From: Gonapodya sp. JEL0774
Lineage: Eukaryota
Direction: 5' to 3'
Length of the DNA stretch: 64,000 nt
NCBI GenBank assembly: GCA_027604505.1
Contig: JADIIX010000005.1
Coordinates: 1 to 64,000 of the forward strand
The stretch's first letter is position 1. Each line of letters starts with the position of its first letter. Below, piece by piece: positions 38,121-50,384 of the stretch. The notes beneath the pieces are model-generated. The model saw only the letters and a list, made by a program, of their open reading frames with translations. It searched no databases and was not told where the DNA came from. The translations under genes were made by a program, and so were the position numbers.

Positions 38121-39832
38121 ATGACAACCCTCCACATTCCGTGCATCCAGCACCTCAACCGCCTTGCCGAATCAACGGGACGGCAAATCGTGCTGGCATC
38201 GGCGTCGCCACGGCGTAAGGAAATCCTCTCGAAACTTGTGCGTGGTTCGTGGTTGTGCTTGTTCCAGAGCTCCTGATTCCCCGCACTTTATGATATTGGA
38301 ATCATCCATTCCGTGCAACCGTGCGCTTTGTTCCAATCTGTTTCCCGCTTTCGTGCACGATTGCTTGAATTTTCTGTCTCGCCATGTCTGCTGATAAACG
38401 AACACACACCCTCCCGCACCTCACCTCTCACCGCGCAAAGGAATCTCCAGAACCTCAATTACACCGTCGTGCCCAGCTCATTTCCCGAACTGCTGAGCCA
38501 TGACTTATTCGAGTCGCCGGCGTGAGTTTGGGGAGAGCGATAATGTCTGTCAGGGAGAGAGTGTTCACCAAAGAGAACATTCTCTTCATTCAGCGCCTAC
38601 ACGCTCACCAACGCACTCGAAAAGGCTAAAGACGTTTTCCAAAAGCTTGCAACTTCGGCATCCCCCGATACCCTGCCTCTCCTCGTCATCTCGGCAGACA
38701 CCGTTGTCGCCTACCACCACCCCCAGCCTCAAAGTTCCTCCACAGATTCTTCGCCCGCAAAAAGAAATTTCACCATTCTGGAAAAACCAAACGACCCGGA
38801 CCATCACCGTGAGATGTTGCGACAGCTCAGCGGGACGGAACACGAGGTCGTGACGGGAGTTACGTGAGTCACTCTCCGAGACAAAGGTTTCCATTCAAAA
38901 TACTTGCAGTGGGCTGGAGATGAGTGGGCACTCGCATGTGCCGTGGGACATTCACGGAACCGCATGGAGTGGATCGGAGTGTATCGGATGGAGGGTATAT
39001 CGCCCAAAATGGTGCTCGTCTTCATCTCACCGCGTCCCGCCATTCCAACTCCAATCCAACCTCAAGACAGTCTTCTCTATCCTACCACCACCTCTGGCTC
39101 GGTGACATCCCCATCCCAACATCCCTTCCACCACATCTCATTCCACTCCACAACCATCGTCCGGTTTCCAAACCTCCCCGAATCGTGGATAGACGCGTAT
39201 GTCAAGAGCGGGGATGGGAGGTGAGTGTCGACGATGGGCCGCACATGGTGTGGATGAAACATGAAGCTTGGAAAACGGTGAGATGGAGGGCGGCCGAGAA
39301 GTCGGAAAACTGTTCTCGAAGTCTTCGCAATCATGCAAGTTGGATGTTACGTGGGAGAGGTGGTTCACCTCCACGGTGCCGGTACACCTTCTCGCTCGTC
39401 ATCGACAAAACAAGTTGTGTCATTGACTCGTTACAATAACGAGAACATCTTCGCCTCCCAGCACGCACTGATGCTCCATTCTTACCCTTGTTTCGCCGTT
39501 CTCTCGGTCCTCGCATTCCCTCTTTCCGCCCCAATCTCACATAGTGACAAAGCCGGTGGCTATGGGTACCAATCCTTGGGGCTTTATCTGGCCTCTTCAA
39601 TACACGGGTGCGGCTATAACGTGGCTGGTGAGTGGGGTTGACTAATGTTTCTCCTCCACCATCATTTGTCTTCCGAGATACAAATTTTTGACGTTGGTTT
39701 GGAGTTTCGACGATCGTGACTGTTTGTTACATACTTCTTTTCATATTTTTTTCTCTTTGCTAATAATCAGGTTTCCCCGCGCACGATTTTGTCGTCAAAA
39801 TCGAGGAGATGGTCAACACTGGGCAACTGTAA
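38121..39832 (+). CDS. Maf-family nucleoside triphosphate pyrophosphatase
   Basis: Motifs IVLASASPRRKEIL, VISADTVV, ILEKP, LSGTEHEVVTGV, DKAGGYGYQ, GCGYNVAG/FP. Confidence 0.92.
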
Positions 39833-40025
39833 TTACTGTCGCGTTCGTCAAAGGGAGACCACAGTCTAACAGATTTACGGGAGATCTCCTGAAAGAGAAG
39901 CTCGGTCTACTTATAGATAAGATGACATTGAATCTAGATTCAAAGTCTGTAGACATACGAAATGTATGTGTCCATTATCCAGGACGACATGCCGAAGTCC
40001 GTGGGACACGAAAAGTGCATTGTCT

Positions 40026-43000
40026 CTAATCTTCCGCTTCGCTGGAACCTTCTTCCTCGTTCCCTCCCTCGCTGTCTTCCTCGTCCTCGCCTTCCTCGTC
40101 CTCGTCCTCTTCCGCTTCCTCGAGCCAGGTGACAAATGGGGCGATCTGAAGGACCCAAGTACATGTGTTCAAATCGGGTTCCCACAACAAGCACAAAAAG
40201 CCGCCTCACTCACCGACTTTCTGATTCTCATCTTCGTGTCGGTCCACCCGCCCACTCCTTCTCCAATCTCCTTTGCCGTCCGAGCCCACCAGGTCATAAC
40301 TACCTCTTCGGGCAAGACACTTTGATCGTACAGGCGTTTGAGCAAGAGGAGAAGGATACGGTCGCGTGACGTGGAAGGGATCGTGGACGTGGTTGATGCA
40401 ATCGAGGACGATGAGGTGCCCGCATCGACAGGAGCAGAGGAGATGTAGTTCTGTTGGGTGAAATTCAAAAGTCGTGGTCGGCATCAAGAACACGACTGAC
40501 GGCAGTGCATCGGCTTACCAATGCCAAGTCGATCACCTCGGTCCAATCCGACTGATTAAAGACCATTAGACTGATTAGCTTCCCCCACTTGCCGACGAAA
40601 CGCTCCCACTCGTTTCCACCCCGCGAGTGTAAGATCAAAACCTCTTCCACCATCCTCGGCACGACCACTCTCCGAACCTCATCCCAACTTGTGTTCTCGG
40701 CCATCTTAGTGGTTGAGAGCTCAGAGTGGGCGTCTACCACAGAGTGATTCTCGACAAAGGCTCGGCTGATGGTTTCGAGGATCTCACGACGGATTCTTCG
40801 AGGCAGGGTTGTAACAATCGCGGTGGGGGCGTCAAGATCATCTGAGCCGTCATCGGATTCGGATTCAGACTCTGTTTCCGAATCCTCCGAACCTTCATCT
40901 TCAGACGACGCGGAGAAGTATCCCGTGGGATCAATAGTGGATATTTGAGAGGACGTTCTGAGACCTCGCGCGGTAGTTGCGACAGTGGCGGGATTGGGAA
41001 GTGACGTTGGCGTGCTAGGAGATGCTAGGAGGTCGTACATGTTGCGGCCTGGCAATAGTTAAGGTTAGTCTCACCATGCCGCTCGGCGGCGTCGGTACAG
41101 CGCATGCAAGAATTTCATATGAAGCGCACATACCTAGCTCGTCCACAATCAGATTTCTTTCATCAAACTCTTCGATTTCTTCCTCTTCTCCGTATCTCAT
41201 TCGGAAAATCCACCCTGTGCCTAGCTCTCCAGGCGCTTTTTCCGCTTCTTGCTGAGACTCCTCGTCATCCAATTGTCCACCCATCGCCATTTCCTGCTGC
41301 TTTGGAGTGAGCTTTGTCAGCCTAGTGAAAGCGGGTACAATCACATCCGGTCCAACGGCAGTTCCAGGCCCAAAAATGCAGCCGCGGTCCACAGTCGTGC
41401 CCCGTTCAACAACAGCACCATCCGCCAATATCGATTTGTACACGACAGAGCCGTCGTGTACAACGCATCCGTCCCACAGAAAGCTCCCTTCTATTACGCA
41501 ACCATCACCGATGGAGACATTTTTGCCCAAAACTGAGTCGTGGATGAGAGTATCAGCGCCGACAGATGTTCCAGCGCCGACAATCACATTCGCAGCCAAC
41601 CGAGCTGTACGAGCAAGCGTGACGTCGTGAGGCTTCCTCGATCCTTCTGCCACCGGAGAAACAGAAGGTAAGGAAGTCTTGCGATGTGGGCCCCCTTTTG
41701 AGAAAGCCGTGGTGGAGGTCGATGGGGTTCGCGTAGGAGAAGGCCGGTAGATGTTTCCTCGATGGTGACGGTACGACTCCCCAGAAACTAGGTTGGCATC
41801 AGGAACTATTGGATATGAGAGTCGGGTGAGGATGTCCTTACTGAGGGGAGCCACGTTTATGGTTTTGATCAAATGTTTCAACGTTTGAGAGGAAACAAAC
41901 TCACCTCACACCCGCATACAGCCCAGTACTCGTCACTCTTGCTCCGTATGTTCCCACACACGAGTCACCGTGTTCACCAACAACGAAAGCACCAAAATTC
42001 TTGCCCAAGATCTCCGACAACATAACACCGCGGACGAAATGATCCCTCACGTCCGCGTAATCAAAGTTTTCGGTGAACAGAGGGGGTACATCGATCGAGC
42101 AAATATCCACACCAAGATCGATCAGATCAGTACGAAGAGCCAAGGTTGTTGGCCGGTAAGGGGCGGCAGGCTGCACCACGAAATGAGAAGCGGGCAGTGT
42201 GACAATAGATCGCTTCGAATAGGGACCGGGTGTGCCCGGAGAAAAGAGAGGGATGGACGCGTAGTGATGGCACTGCGACGTTGCCGAGTCGATCAGGTAA
42301 ACCGGAGTGGCTCCACGCGGGCGTGACCGTGTCGGAGCTGGATGAGGAGCGACGCACATTGTCATGATGAGATTTTTATCCACGAGACGCCGTTTTCTGT
42401 AGTCAAGTGTTTACGTGGTGAGGGTGATGATGGTGAGTGACAACGAAGGTCAGTACGACTATCCGACGGACCATTTCAGTTGCATCCCATTCAAAAGACA
42501 ATAAATGAGTGCACATCAACAAAATTATTGCTCTCAGCCCCAGCACCCAGGGATTCGTGAAATAGGTGACAGGAATATTCAAGAACTCGCACTCACTTAT
42601 GCGATTCAACAGCTCCTTTTAAATCCCAGTTACCTACTAAATCTGCGCAGTGGACGAGCACAAAGTCGGCTTTAACAAGACCTTGTCTGCGATCCACTTC
42701 ACGCAGGGCGTCGCCAACGGAAAAGAGCTGTTGTGCCTGGATGACGTGGACTCGCGGAATGCCACTAGGAGGAGTCGAGTGAGGCGGATATATCCACTTA
42801 GTGGAGCTGTTGAGGTGCGAAGAAAGTATCCAACATTGAGGTGACATGATCGGAATCTGAAGTCACGAATATACTAAGTCGGCATTCGAGTTTCAAAAAA
42901 TTGATCCAATTCCATAGAATAAAATGGGGTCCCTCCATGAAGGAATATAGAAGGAGGATTCCCTCGTGAACATGCTGATCTTATTCTTATCCCCTTCTTC

Positions 43001-43417
43001 ACTCAAAATCACACAAGATACGAACCTTAGGTAGGACGAAATCTGATCGGCATGAGCGCAACATATGATATAGACTTCTTGGATACCATTCAATGCGAGG
43101 AATTCGAGCGTATACTCTATGAGAGGAACGTTGGCGAGTGGCAAGAGGGCCTACACGAAACGTGGGAAAGCATCCATCAAGACATGAAATGTAACGGAAA
43201 CAGATGCTAGAAATGTAGAGAGAGGTGACTGGATGCTAACGCGCGGTTTTTCAAACGAGATAGGTCTGAATCTGTTGTTGAACGAGTCCGCAACGACGAC
43301 AGCCAGCAAAGGAGCCTCTTCCAGCTCCAGACCTTCAGTAGCAGCTCCAGAAGTCTTTTCCCTGCTGCTGGCGCCACTTGATCCGCCGCCTCCACCTGAT
43401 GTAGCTCCGCTTGACAT
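40026..43417 (-). CDS. GCD6: Translation initiation factor eIF2B epsilon subunit
   Basis: Motifs [57 protein letters not shown], a left-handed beta-helix, and a W2 tail [26 protein letters not shown]. Confidence 0.95.
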
Positions 43418-43637
43418 GATATCGGTTTTGTTTATGTTCTTAACCCGTCACACATGAACCGCCGAAATGAGCAGCACTCATCCTGAGAAACTTTTGAAAA
43501 CACCAGCGTAATGCCATATACATACAACCACCACAATCGACGATCATTTAAATATATATTGATTACTGAAGTCATTCATGGTCCCATAGCAAATGTGACA
43601 TTTCTCTGCCTGGCATACCACTCGAGCTATGAGCCTG

Positions 43638-46600
43638 TTATTCTCCTTCACTGTTCTCGGTCTCCGGCTCTCGGCTCCTCCGCCGATGCTCCTTATAGTT
43701 ATTTCCTTTGTCACCCTCTTCGTCGCACGTTAACGCGTCTCCGCCTTTGCTTTGTCTTCTGTTCCTAGATACTGGTCTCGCCCTGGGGGGCTCCTTTGGG
43801 GCAATTCCCTCTTTTCTCTCTTTCCTTGCTTCCTCTTTCGCGATCTCCATTGCATAGATTGCACCTGCGCTTTCCCTCTTCACCCTTCTTGAGTCTTCCG
43901 GTGGTCTCCCAATTGCATCACTCTCACCTTCCCAGTATCGAGAGAACGCCTTATCATTGCGTGCACGCGGGTCGGACACAATAGTTGCAAAAATATGCAT
44001 GAACAATCGAGGGAAACGTGAGCTGAAATACAAATACAGGCCGTGCGGGACCGGGCCGAGAAGAGTCTTCACTTCAGCAGGCTCCTCGGTATACTAATGA
44101 GATCATACGACTCAATGAGAAAATGAGCTCTGCATTTAATTTCGACTGCTATGACTCACGTGGTTCTTCTAAAGTACACAATGCCGACAAAACGCCAAAG
44201 GAGTCACAAGTTACACACCACCATCGAGAAACCGTGTTTCGCCAATGTGCGCAGATACTCACAATATTCCTCACAGCCTTGACTAAGTCTCTCAACGACT
44301 CCTTCTCGTATTTCGCCCTCTTGCTAAGTTCCGACCACACAGAGACGTCCAATTTCGCAGTCCAATCCATTTCACTGCCAAGTACGTGATATGCGCCAGA
44401 TTCGAGTCGAATAATAAGTGGCGAAGGTGGATTCGTTGGCTTTGCAAGGCGTTTTCGGTTGTAAAAATGCATATATGTAAACATGTCTAGAAGGACACCC
44501 ACTGGGTGCTCACCTCAACTTTAATCCAATCCGCTGCCTCTCTCAAAAACTCGAGTCTTTTCTCTGCTCCCCAAAAGTAAGGGTGTCGGAGAGCCTCCCC
44601 GGCCGACGGCCTTCTCGAGGGGTCGTGCATTAGCATATCTTTGATCATACTTTCGGCCTCCACCCATTCTCCTCGTGCATAGCTCGAGCGCTCTAGTGCT
44701 GAAAGGTCCGGACGTTTACGATGCAGAATATTTCGAACACGAGAAGCCGGATCAAGTCCATAGGGATGCGCCCCGCGAGTGAGGAGATCGAAACCGACAA
44801 GACCCACAGAGAAGAGATCTGATGCGGAGCTGGGCGGGGCAGAAGGATGAGATGGGTGGAGGAGGAGAGACAACACTTCAGGGGCACACCACACTAAAAG
44901 CTAGCACGTCATATTCAAGAAGCCCAACTTGGTAGGGACGCAGGTGTTTGAGCACTCACTCAAATCCTCGTCTTGCAGATTTACTTCACTATTCCCATTT
45001 CGTAATCCCGATGTACCTGGAGATCGATCTTCCCCGTCTTCTTCACTGTCACTTACTGTTCGCCTCCTCGTTCTGCTGGTACCTTTACTCATCCAGTGCA
45101 CACCGCCATCCTCAGTTTGCCTCTGTCCATCATCCACTTCTTCGTCCCCAGAAGCACGATCACATATACCTCTCTCCAAAATTGCGTCGGGAAGATGCAA
45201 ATCGGACAGGGCTCCAGTTTCAACAGGGAGGTCGGTCCCACCGTGGCGAGGTGAAGGACGCCCAGAGTCTGAAGGAGACACAGAACCAGAGCGAGAGACG
45301 GTCAATCGCGTCGCAGAGCTCATGGATGACGCCGAGAGCGCTTTCCGCGGAGATTGTAGTTCGCTTTCAGGATGAGCTAAGGAGTTTCGCCCAGGGTCAG
45401 AATCCACAACGGCGCTTTCGACGGGCGTCCCGGGCGGTCGCGCGACATCAGTAACAGCGGTTTGCGATGAAAAATATGCCAGAGAAACAGGCCTCAAGGT
45501 TGGTGAACGAAAAAGAACACTCGTGGTTGCTGCGTCATCGGAAACAGGCTGATTTGATCTGTTTGACACAATCGCACTTTCTGCGTGCACAGGCGAGTCC
45601 CTGCTCCTACTTCGACTTGCTCTTCTGCGACTAGAATCTCGCGTGGAATTTGATTGCAACGGAACTGTTGAGATTGCAAGTACTGCAGGCAGAAGGAAGA
45701 ATGCCAGTTTCAGACGGAGCGGTAATGGACCTAGAGGGGGCGATATGAGGATGGTCTGGGCACAATTCCCTCAAAAGTTGAGTTCAACATGCGGCGCACC
45801 AAAGCCGGTACATCCGTACACTCACTGCAGGTCCTATCCCCCCGCCAACGACACCCACACTGGCGCACCATGCCACGGCTTCGAGGACGCCCTTCCAAGC
45901 TGACTTAACGTTAGAATACAGAGCACGCCGAAGGGTTTCGGGTGTTACAGCATCTGGGAGGAGACTGAGTGCGCTTTGGGTAGGAGGATGAGCCACAGGA
46001 TGGACAAGATTCAGAAGACTGAGTGGGAGAAGCTCCAATGCAAAGAGGTGTTGTGTAGCAGTGACAGAATGAGAGAAGAATCTGGGGAATGTGAATGTGG
46101 ACGACGTGAGATACGGGAACAGCTTGTGCCGTCATTCATCACAGCAAGTCTTTTACAGCCATAGCGTCACCAACTTCATGTCAAAATCTCACCTTGCAAC
46201 ACCTTGATGTTCGTCAGCCCTGGACATCGCCTCTACCTCCTTCTCCCACCCGCGTGCTTTGTCGGAAATGCGAACTGCAACTTCTCTGTCCCCAAACCTC
46301 CCAAGATAAACCGGTCCTCCATGTGTTTGGTGAAGAATCTGATCGTGAAAATACGAAATCGATCCTGCTGCCGTTGAAGAGGGAACAGGGACTGAAACTT
46401 GAGGTATTAGATACGGCGAAATCGCTGAAGTAGAGGTCACGGCGGATGCTCTTGTCGCAAAAACAGTATCTATGTGATTTAGGAGCCGAGTGCGACGCGT
46501 AGAGAGGAGTTGGCCGAGACCTAAGTGATTCTGAGATTGCGCAACCCACTTGACTCATCTCACACCACACATCAAGAGAACGGTACTTAAACTCACTGAC

Positions 46601-47304
46601 GCTAGCGCATAAGCTTCAGCATCTCTTCCTTCCAGATCCTTTTCCTCTGTGCCTGCACCCCGATCCAGCAGAAGCTCACAAATATCCACGGCACCCCCAG
46701 ATGCAGAAAGCATGAGTGGCGTGACTCCATTGTGGTCGCGGGCGCCAACAGGGGCACCGAGGTCACACAACTTGGCGCATGCATCATATCGAGCTAGTTC
46801 TGCGGCAAGGTGAAGGAGAGTTTGGCCGGAGCGAGGGTGCAGGGAGGTAAGAAGACCAGGAGATTCTCGGAGATACAGCTCGAGCGCTTCAACATGTCCA
46901 TTTTTGAGAGCTAGCGCAGGCGCATTGTCTCCGTTCATGTCTTCTCGAGCGGGATCCGCACCAGCGCTCATGAGAGTTGGCAGAATGTTCACGGCATTGG
47001 ACTTCTCAGCGTACATTAATGACGTGCGCCCGCTGTTATCTATTTCGTCCACATAGACTAAAGGCTCCCCGAGCGCAAGAAGAAAGTTGACGACAGCGGT
47101 CCGGCCATTTCGAGCTGCAATCATCAATGGCGTTCGTCCGAGAAAATCTGCGATTCGTCCCGATGAGACTGACGATGACCATTCATTTAATGACTCTCTC
47201 AACTCCTCCAAGTCCCCTTTCCCAGCTGCTGTCAGCATTCGGACTATTGGAGATCCTTCAGCAGAGACTCTGTGCGACAATGTAGGAGGTAGTTCTGAGG
47301 CCAT
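43638..47304 (-). CDS. Ankyrin-repeat / IRE1-type pseudokinase / KEN endoribonuclease (RNase L-like architecture)
   Basis: About 7 ANK repeats joined in frame by intron 46531-46596 to a kinase fold (YLGRFGDREVAVR, WCAPE, DLFSVG, HPY, RPSAGEALRHPYFW). KEN domain follows: RLEFLREAAD, DWTAKLD, SLRDLVKAVRNI-KNH-Y, LGPVPHGLYLYFSSRFPRL. Confidence 0.88.
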
Positions 47305-47476
47305 GGAAGGTTTAAATAAGGTCGATTGCGATGTTACTGTCTGCTTTATTCGACGGAGCGCGCTAAGGAATTCACGTATGTGGCCCAACGGAAAAGAGTG
47401 GGCCACAGAAGCCCCCTTTCAACAACCTGCGCCGCCTATACGGTCCTCGCATGAAATATTTACGTGCAATAATGAG

Positions 47477-48524
47477 CTAAGCTTTAGGTATTGGTAATTC
47501 TGCATCGAGTTGCATCATCTCCCTTACTGGCTCTTCAACGGTGATGGCATCCCAGTCAAGCATTTTAAAGGTAAATGCGACAGGAGAATGCTGTAGATCG
47601 CTGGCGCTGAGTTGAAGTCGTCCGAAGAACCTGTGTCGACCATTGTTTGTGAGTTCTATGAAGGGCAACTTCGTCGACGTTCGTTTTCAACCCACCGGTA
47701 CTGCTGGCCTTCATACCGACAGAAGAGAAGCACTGGGTCCTTTTTGGCTAGAAGGCGTTTGATAACGGGGGTGTCTTTGTGCTGCGAAGGCTTTCCGAAA
47801 AAAGACACGGACTTGTCCGTTGAGGAGAAGATGTTCTTGTACGGTGGGCCGGGGCCACCTCCTGGACGTGTCGTTTTTAAATTCTCTTTTAAAGGAGGAA
47901 GAGGAACGTTGATGAAGAGAAATATGCCGTTTGTCCACTCGACTTCGAATGAGTCATGGGGACACCCAAGGGAACAGGAAGGGCAATTCTGAACCGTACG
48001 AAATACGGATGGTATCTCACACCAAAGCTTTTCATTCCGTGTCACTCACTCATACCAGCGTATTTGTTGAAAGAAACGCCTAGTGTTCCCGCTCCCCTCT
48101 CAATGACTGCTGCTTTGTTTTGTCCACCTTCGGTAGGTATCAGTTGGCCCAAGAACTCGTCAAATGTCCCCAATCGTGCGGCCATGGCTCGCGTAGACTT
48201 TGGATCCACTGTAGCCTCAACAAAATCCATTTTTCTGGAGGCAGGTGTCGTCGCGGACCGCCGTTTCGGGCGCTGTCGACCCTGCATTCCCGGCTCTATT
48301 TCTTCCTCATAATCATCAGGAAGTGGCGAGGGCTTTGGTGGAGACACCCCTAGTATTCGCTCGGACCGCCGGCTAGGCAAAGAATCAGCTGGCGGATTTT
48401 CCCTGTTGGTACGTTGGCGTTTTGGAGGGCGAGATGGCGGATCGGTAAGCGACGGGATTGTCAAAGAGGCAAGAAGTGCTTGATTATCTCGTATCCGGGC
48501 TTCGCGTAGGGATTCATAATCCAT
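47477..48524 (-). CDS. Putative nuclear protein with a C-terminal PUA/SRA-like (DUF3427-like) domain
   Basis: N-terminal YESLREARIRDNQALLASL and basic stretches. C-terminal FNKYA..EWTNGIFLFINV..YKNIF..TPVIKRLL..VLLFCRYEGQQYRFFG..PVAFTFKM. Confidence 0.6.
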
Positions 48525-48652
48525 TATGGTTGGAGAGTGCCTGCCACGGTGGGAAGGGTTGGGTATCCTGTGTGCTGGTGGTGTGTTTCATAGCCTTTCA
48601 GGCGGAGGCAGCCCTTCAATCGCACCTCACATACCATCACTGGCTGAATTCG

Positions 48653-50384
48653 ATGGAAGAGGAGGGGACAGATAGGAAGACCGTTGAGAGAAAGGTACCG
48701 GAGGGCAAGGCGGACAAGACTGGCAGCCGATGGAGTCTGTCTGGGCTGCCGTGTGAGTCAATCCGTGTGATCGATCAGAGTCCACTCTTTACCAGGAAGA
48801 ATTCGTATTCCAGCTCCCGTTCGTCGCCTGCTGCCTTCAAAGGGAACTACCTATGTGTCGCTCATCTCTTCGACCATCTCTGTTGTGCTTGCCGCATTTG
48901 CGTACATCAAAGCGCGAGCAACTCAGCACGATATAGCCTCTGATGAATTCAATACAGCAACTGTCACCGCTTTCACACAGCTAGAAGCGAGGATCATACT
49001 ATCGTTGGTGAGATGCTTCCGCGAGCTCCCAATGAAATCGATTTATCAGAGCCGTCGGTATCGATTACAGTCCCCTGCCGAGCTCTGTACTTCCTATCTC
49101 ATCTCAAACTCTTCCATTAACCGATCTTCGTTCAAACGCTTCGTCTCTGACTCTCCGTCCTTCTTCCGGAACTCGTCCCTCCAAGCCATTGCCTTTGCGC
49201 CCAGGGTGCTAGGCCCTTCACAAAGAGCGGCATGGGAAGCTGAGGGTCTCGACTACATCTCATCCTTCAAATTCACCGAGCGTGACTCCAGTAACACGTT
49301 GATCACTGCCGCCATCCGTCCAGAGTACTTTCCCGTGCAGTGGATTGAACCTTACGTTGGCAATGAACCCGCGCTTGGGTACGATTTGTATTCGAACCCG
49401 ACAAGAAAGCGGGCAATAGACGTCGTAAAAGCGCGAGGCGTTCCAACGATGACCGAACGAATCACGCTCGTTCAAAGCACGAAAAGCCAGTTTGGGTCGC
49501 TGTATTTCATCCCGTTCTTCTACGCAAATGATTCAAGTGTGGGCACTCCCATTGGCGCAAGCGGTCCTACTCCTTTAAGGACAGTCAACTTCACAGGGAC
49601 GGCATACTTAGGGGGATTTTCTTCTGCGGTGTTCAAGCTGGACGAGGTGGTCACAAGTGCCCTCAAATCTCTCACATTGGCTGACGTTGATGTGTTCCTG
49701 TATGTGCTTTCAATTTATAAATTTTTGGTTAATTGAAATCAAAGAACTATTTGCAGCTTCGATTGTACACCCCTGCTGAACTCAGACACTCCTGCTATAT
49801 CCGGGCTGTCGGCTCCTACCAACTCGTTTCTCGGAGCCTTTATCAGAATCAGCGGCAATGTTTCCTCTCCTTATGCGACGACAAACTTCACTGAATTTTC
49901 GACTCTTACTCTTGAGAATGTGCAGTCGGACATGATTCGCACCAAGAACTTGACGGTCGGGGACCGCATCTGGACAATAGCTGTTGCAGCTCGACCAGGG
50001 TTTTTTGCATTCCGATCAAGTCAGTTGCCTCTCCTCTTTCTCGTGTGCTCCTTGCTCGAGCCAGCTGCATTCTGGACATTTCTATTCATTCTTGTGACAT
50101 GGGAACTAAAAAAACTTAATTGGGAGCAGGATATCAAAGCACCGATTGCCAGAAGAATAACCCTTCCCTCCCGTATCTCCCGCCAGTCATCTGCAATTGC
50201 AACTGGGGGCCGCGGTGATTCCACGGTGGATCGAGGGAAGACTAGCGGAACGTTGAATGGAAGCAAGAACAATTCTCTAGCGCGAAAAAAATTAGCAGAC
50301 GGGACTTTGGGGGTTCCTGGTCCTACGGAGGTGACTATGAGTGCACCGATGTTGGATGCAGTCCAGGACAACAGTGCGATCTAA
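48653..50384 (+). CDS. CHASE-domain membrane protein without a kinase or cyclase output domain
   Basis: TM1, then CHASE motifs (LQAIAFAPRV, RPEYFPVQWIEPYVGNEPALGYDL, RITLVQ, VGDRIWTIAV), then TM2 and a short low-complexity tail. Confidence 0.85.

Noticed and set aside
43638..47304. Canonical ER-stress sensor IRE1
   Set aside because: No signal peptide, lumenal domain or TM helix. The N-terminus is ankyrin repeats and the kinase catalytic motifs are lost.
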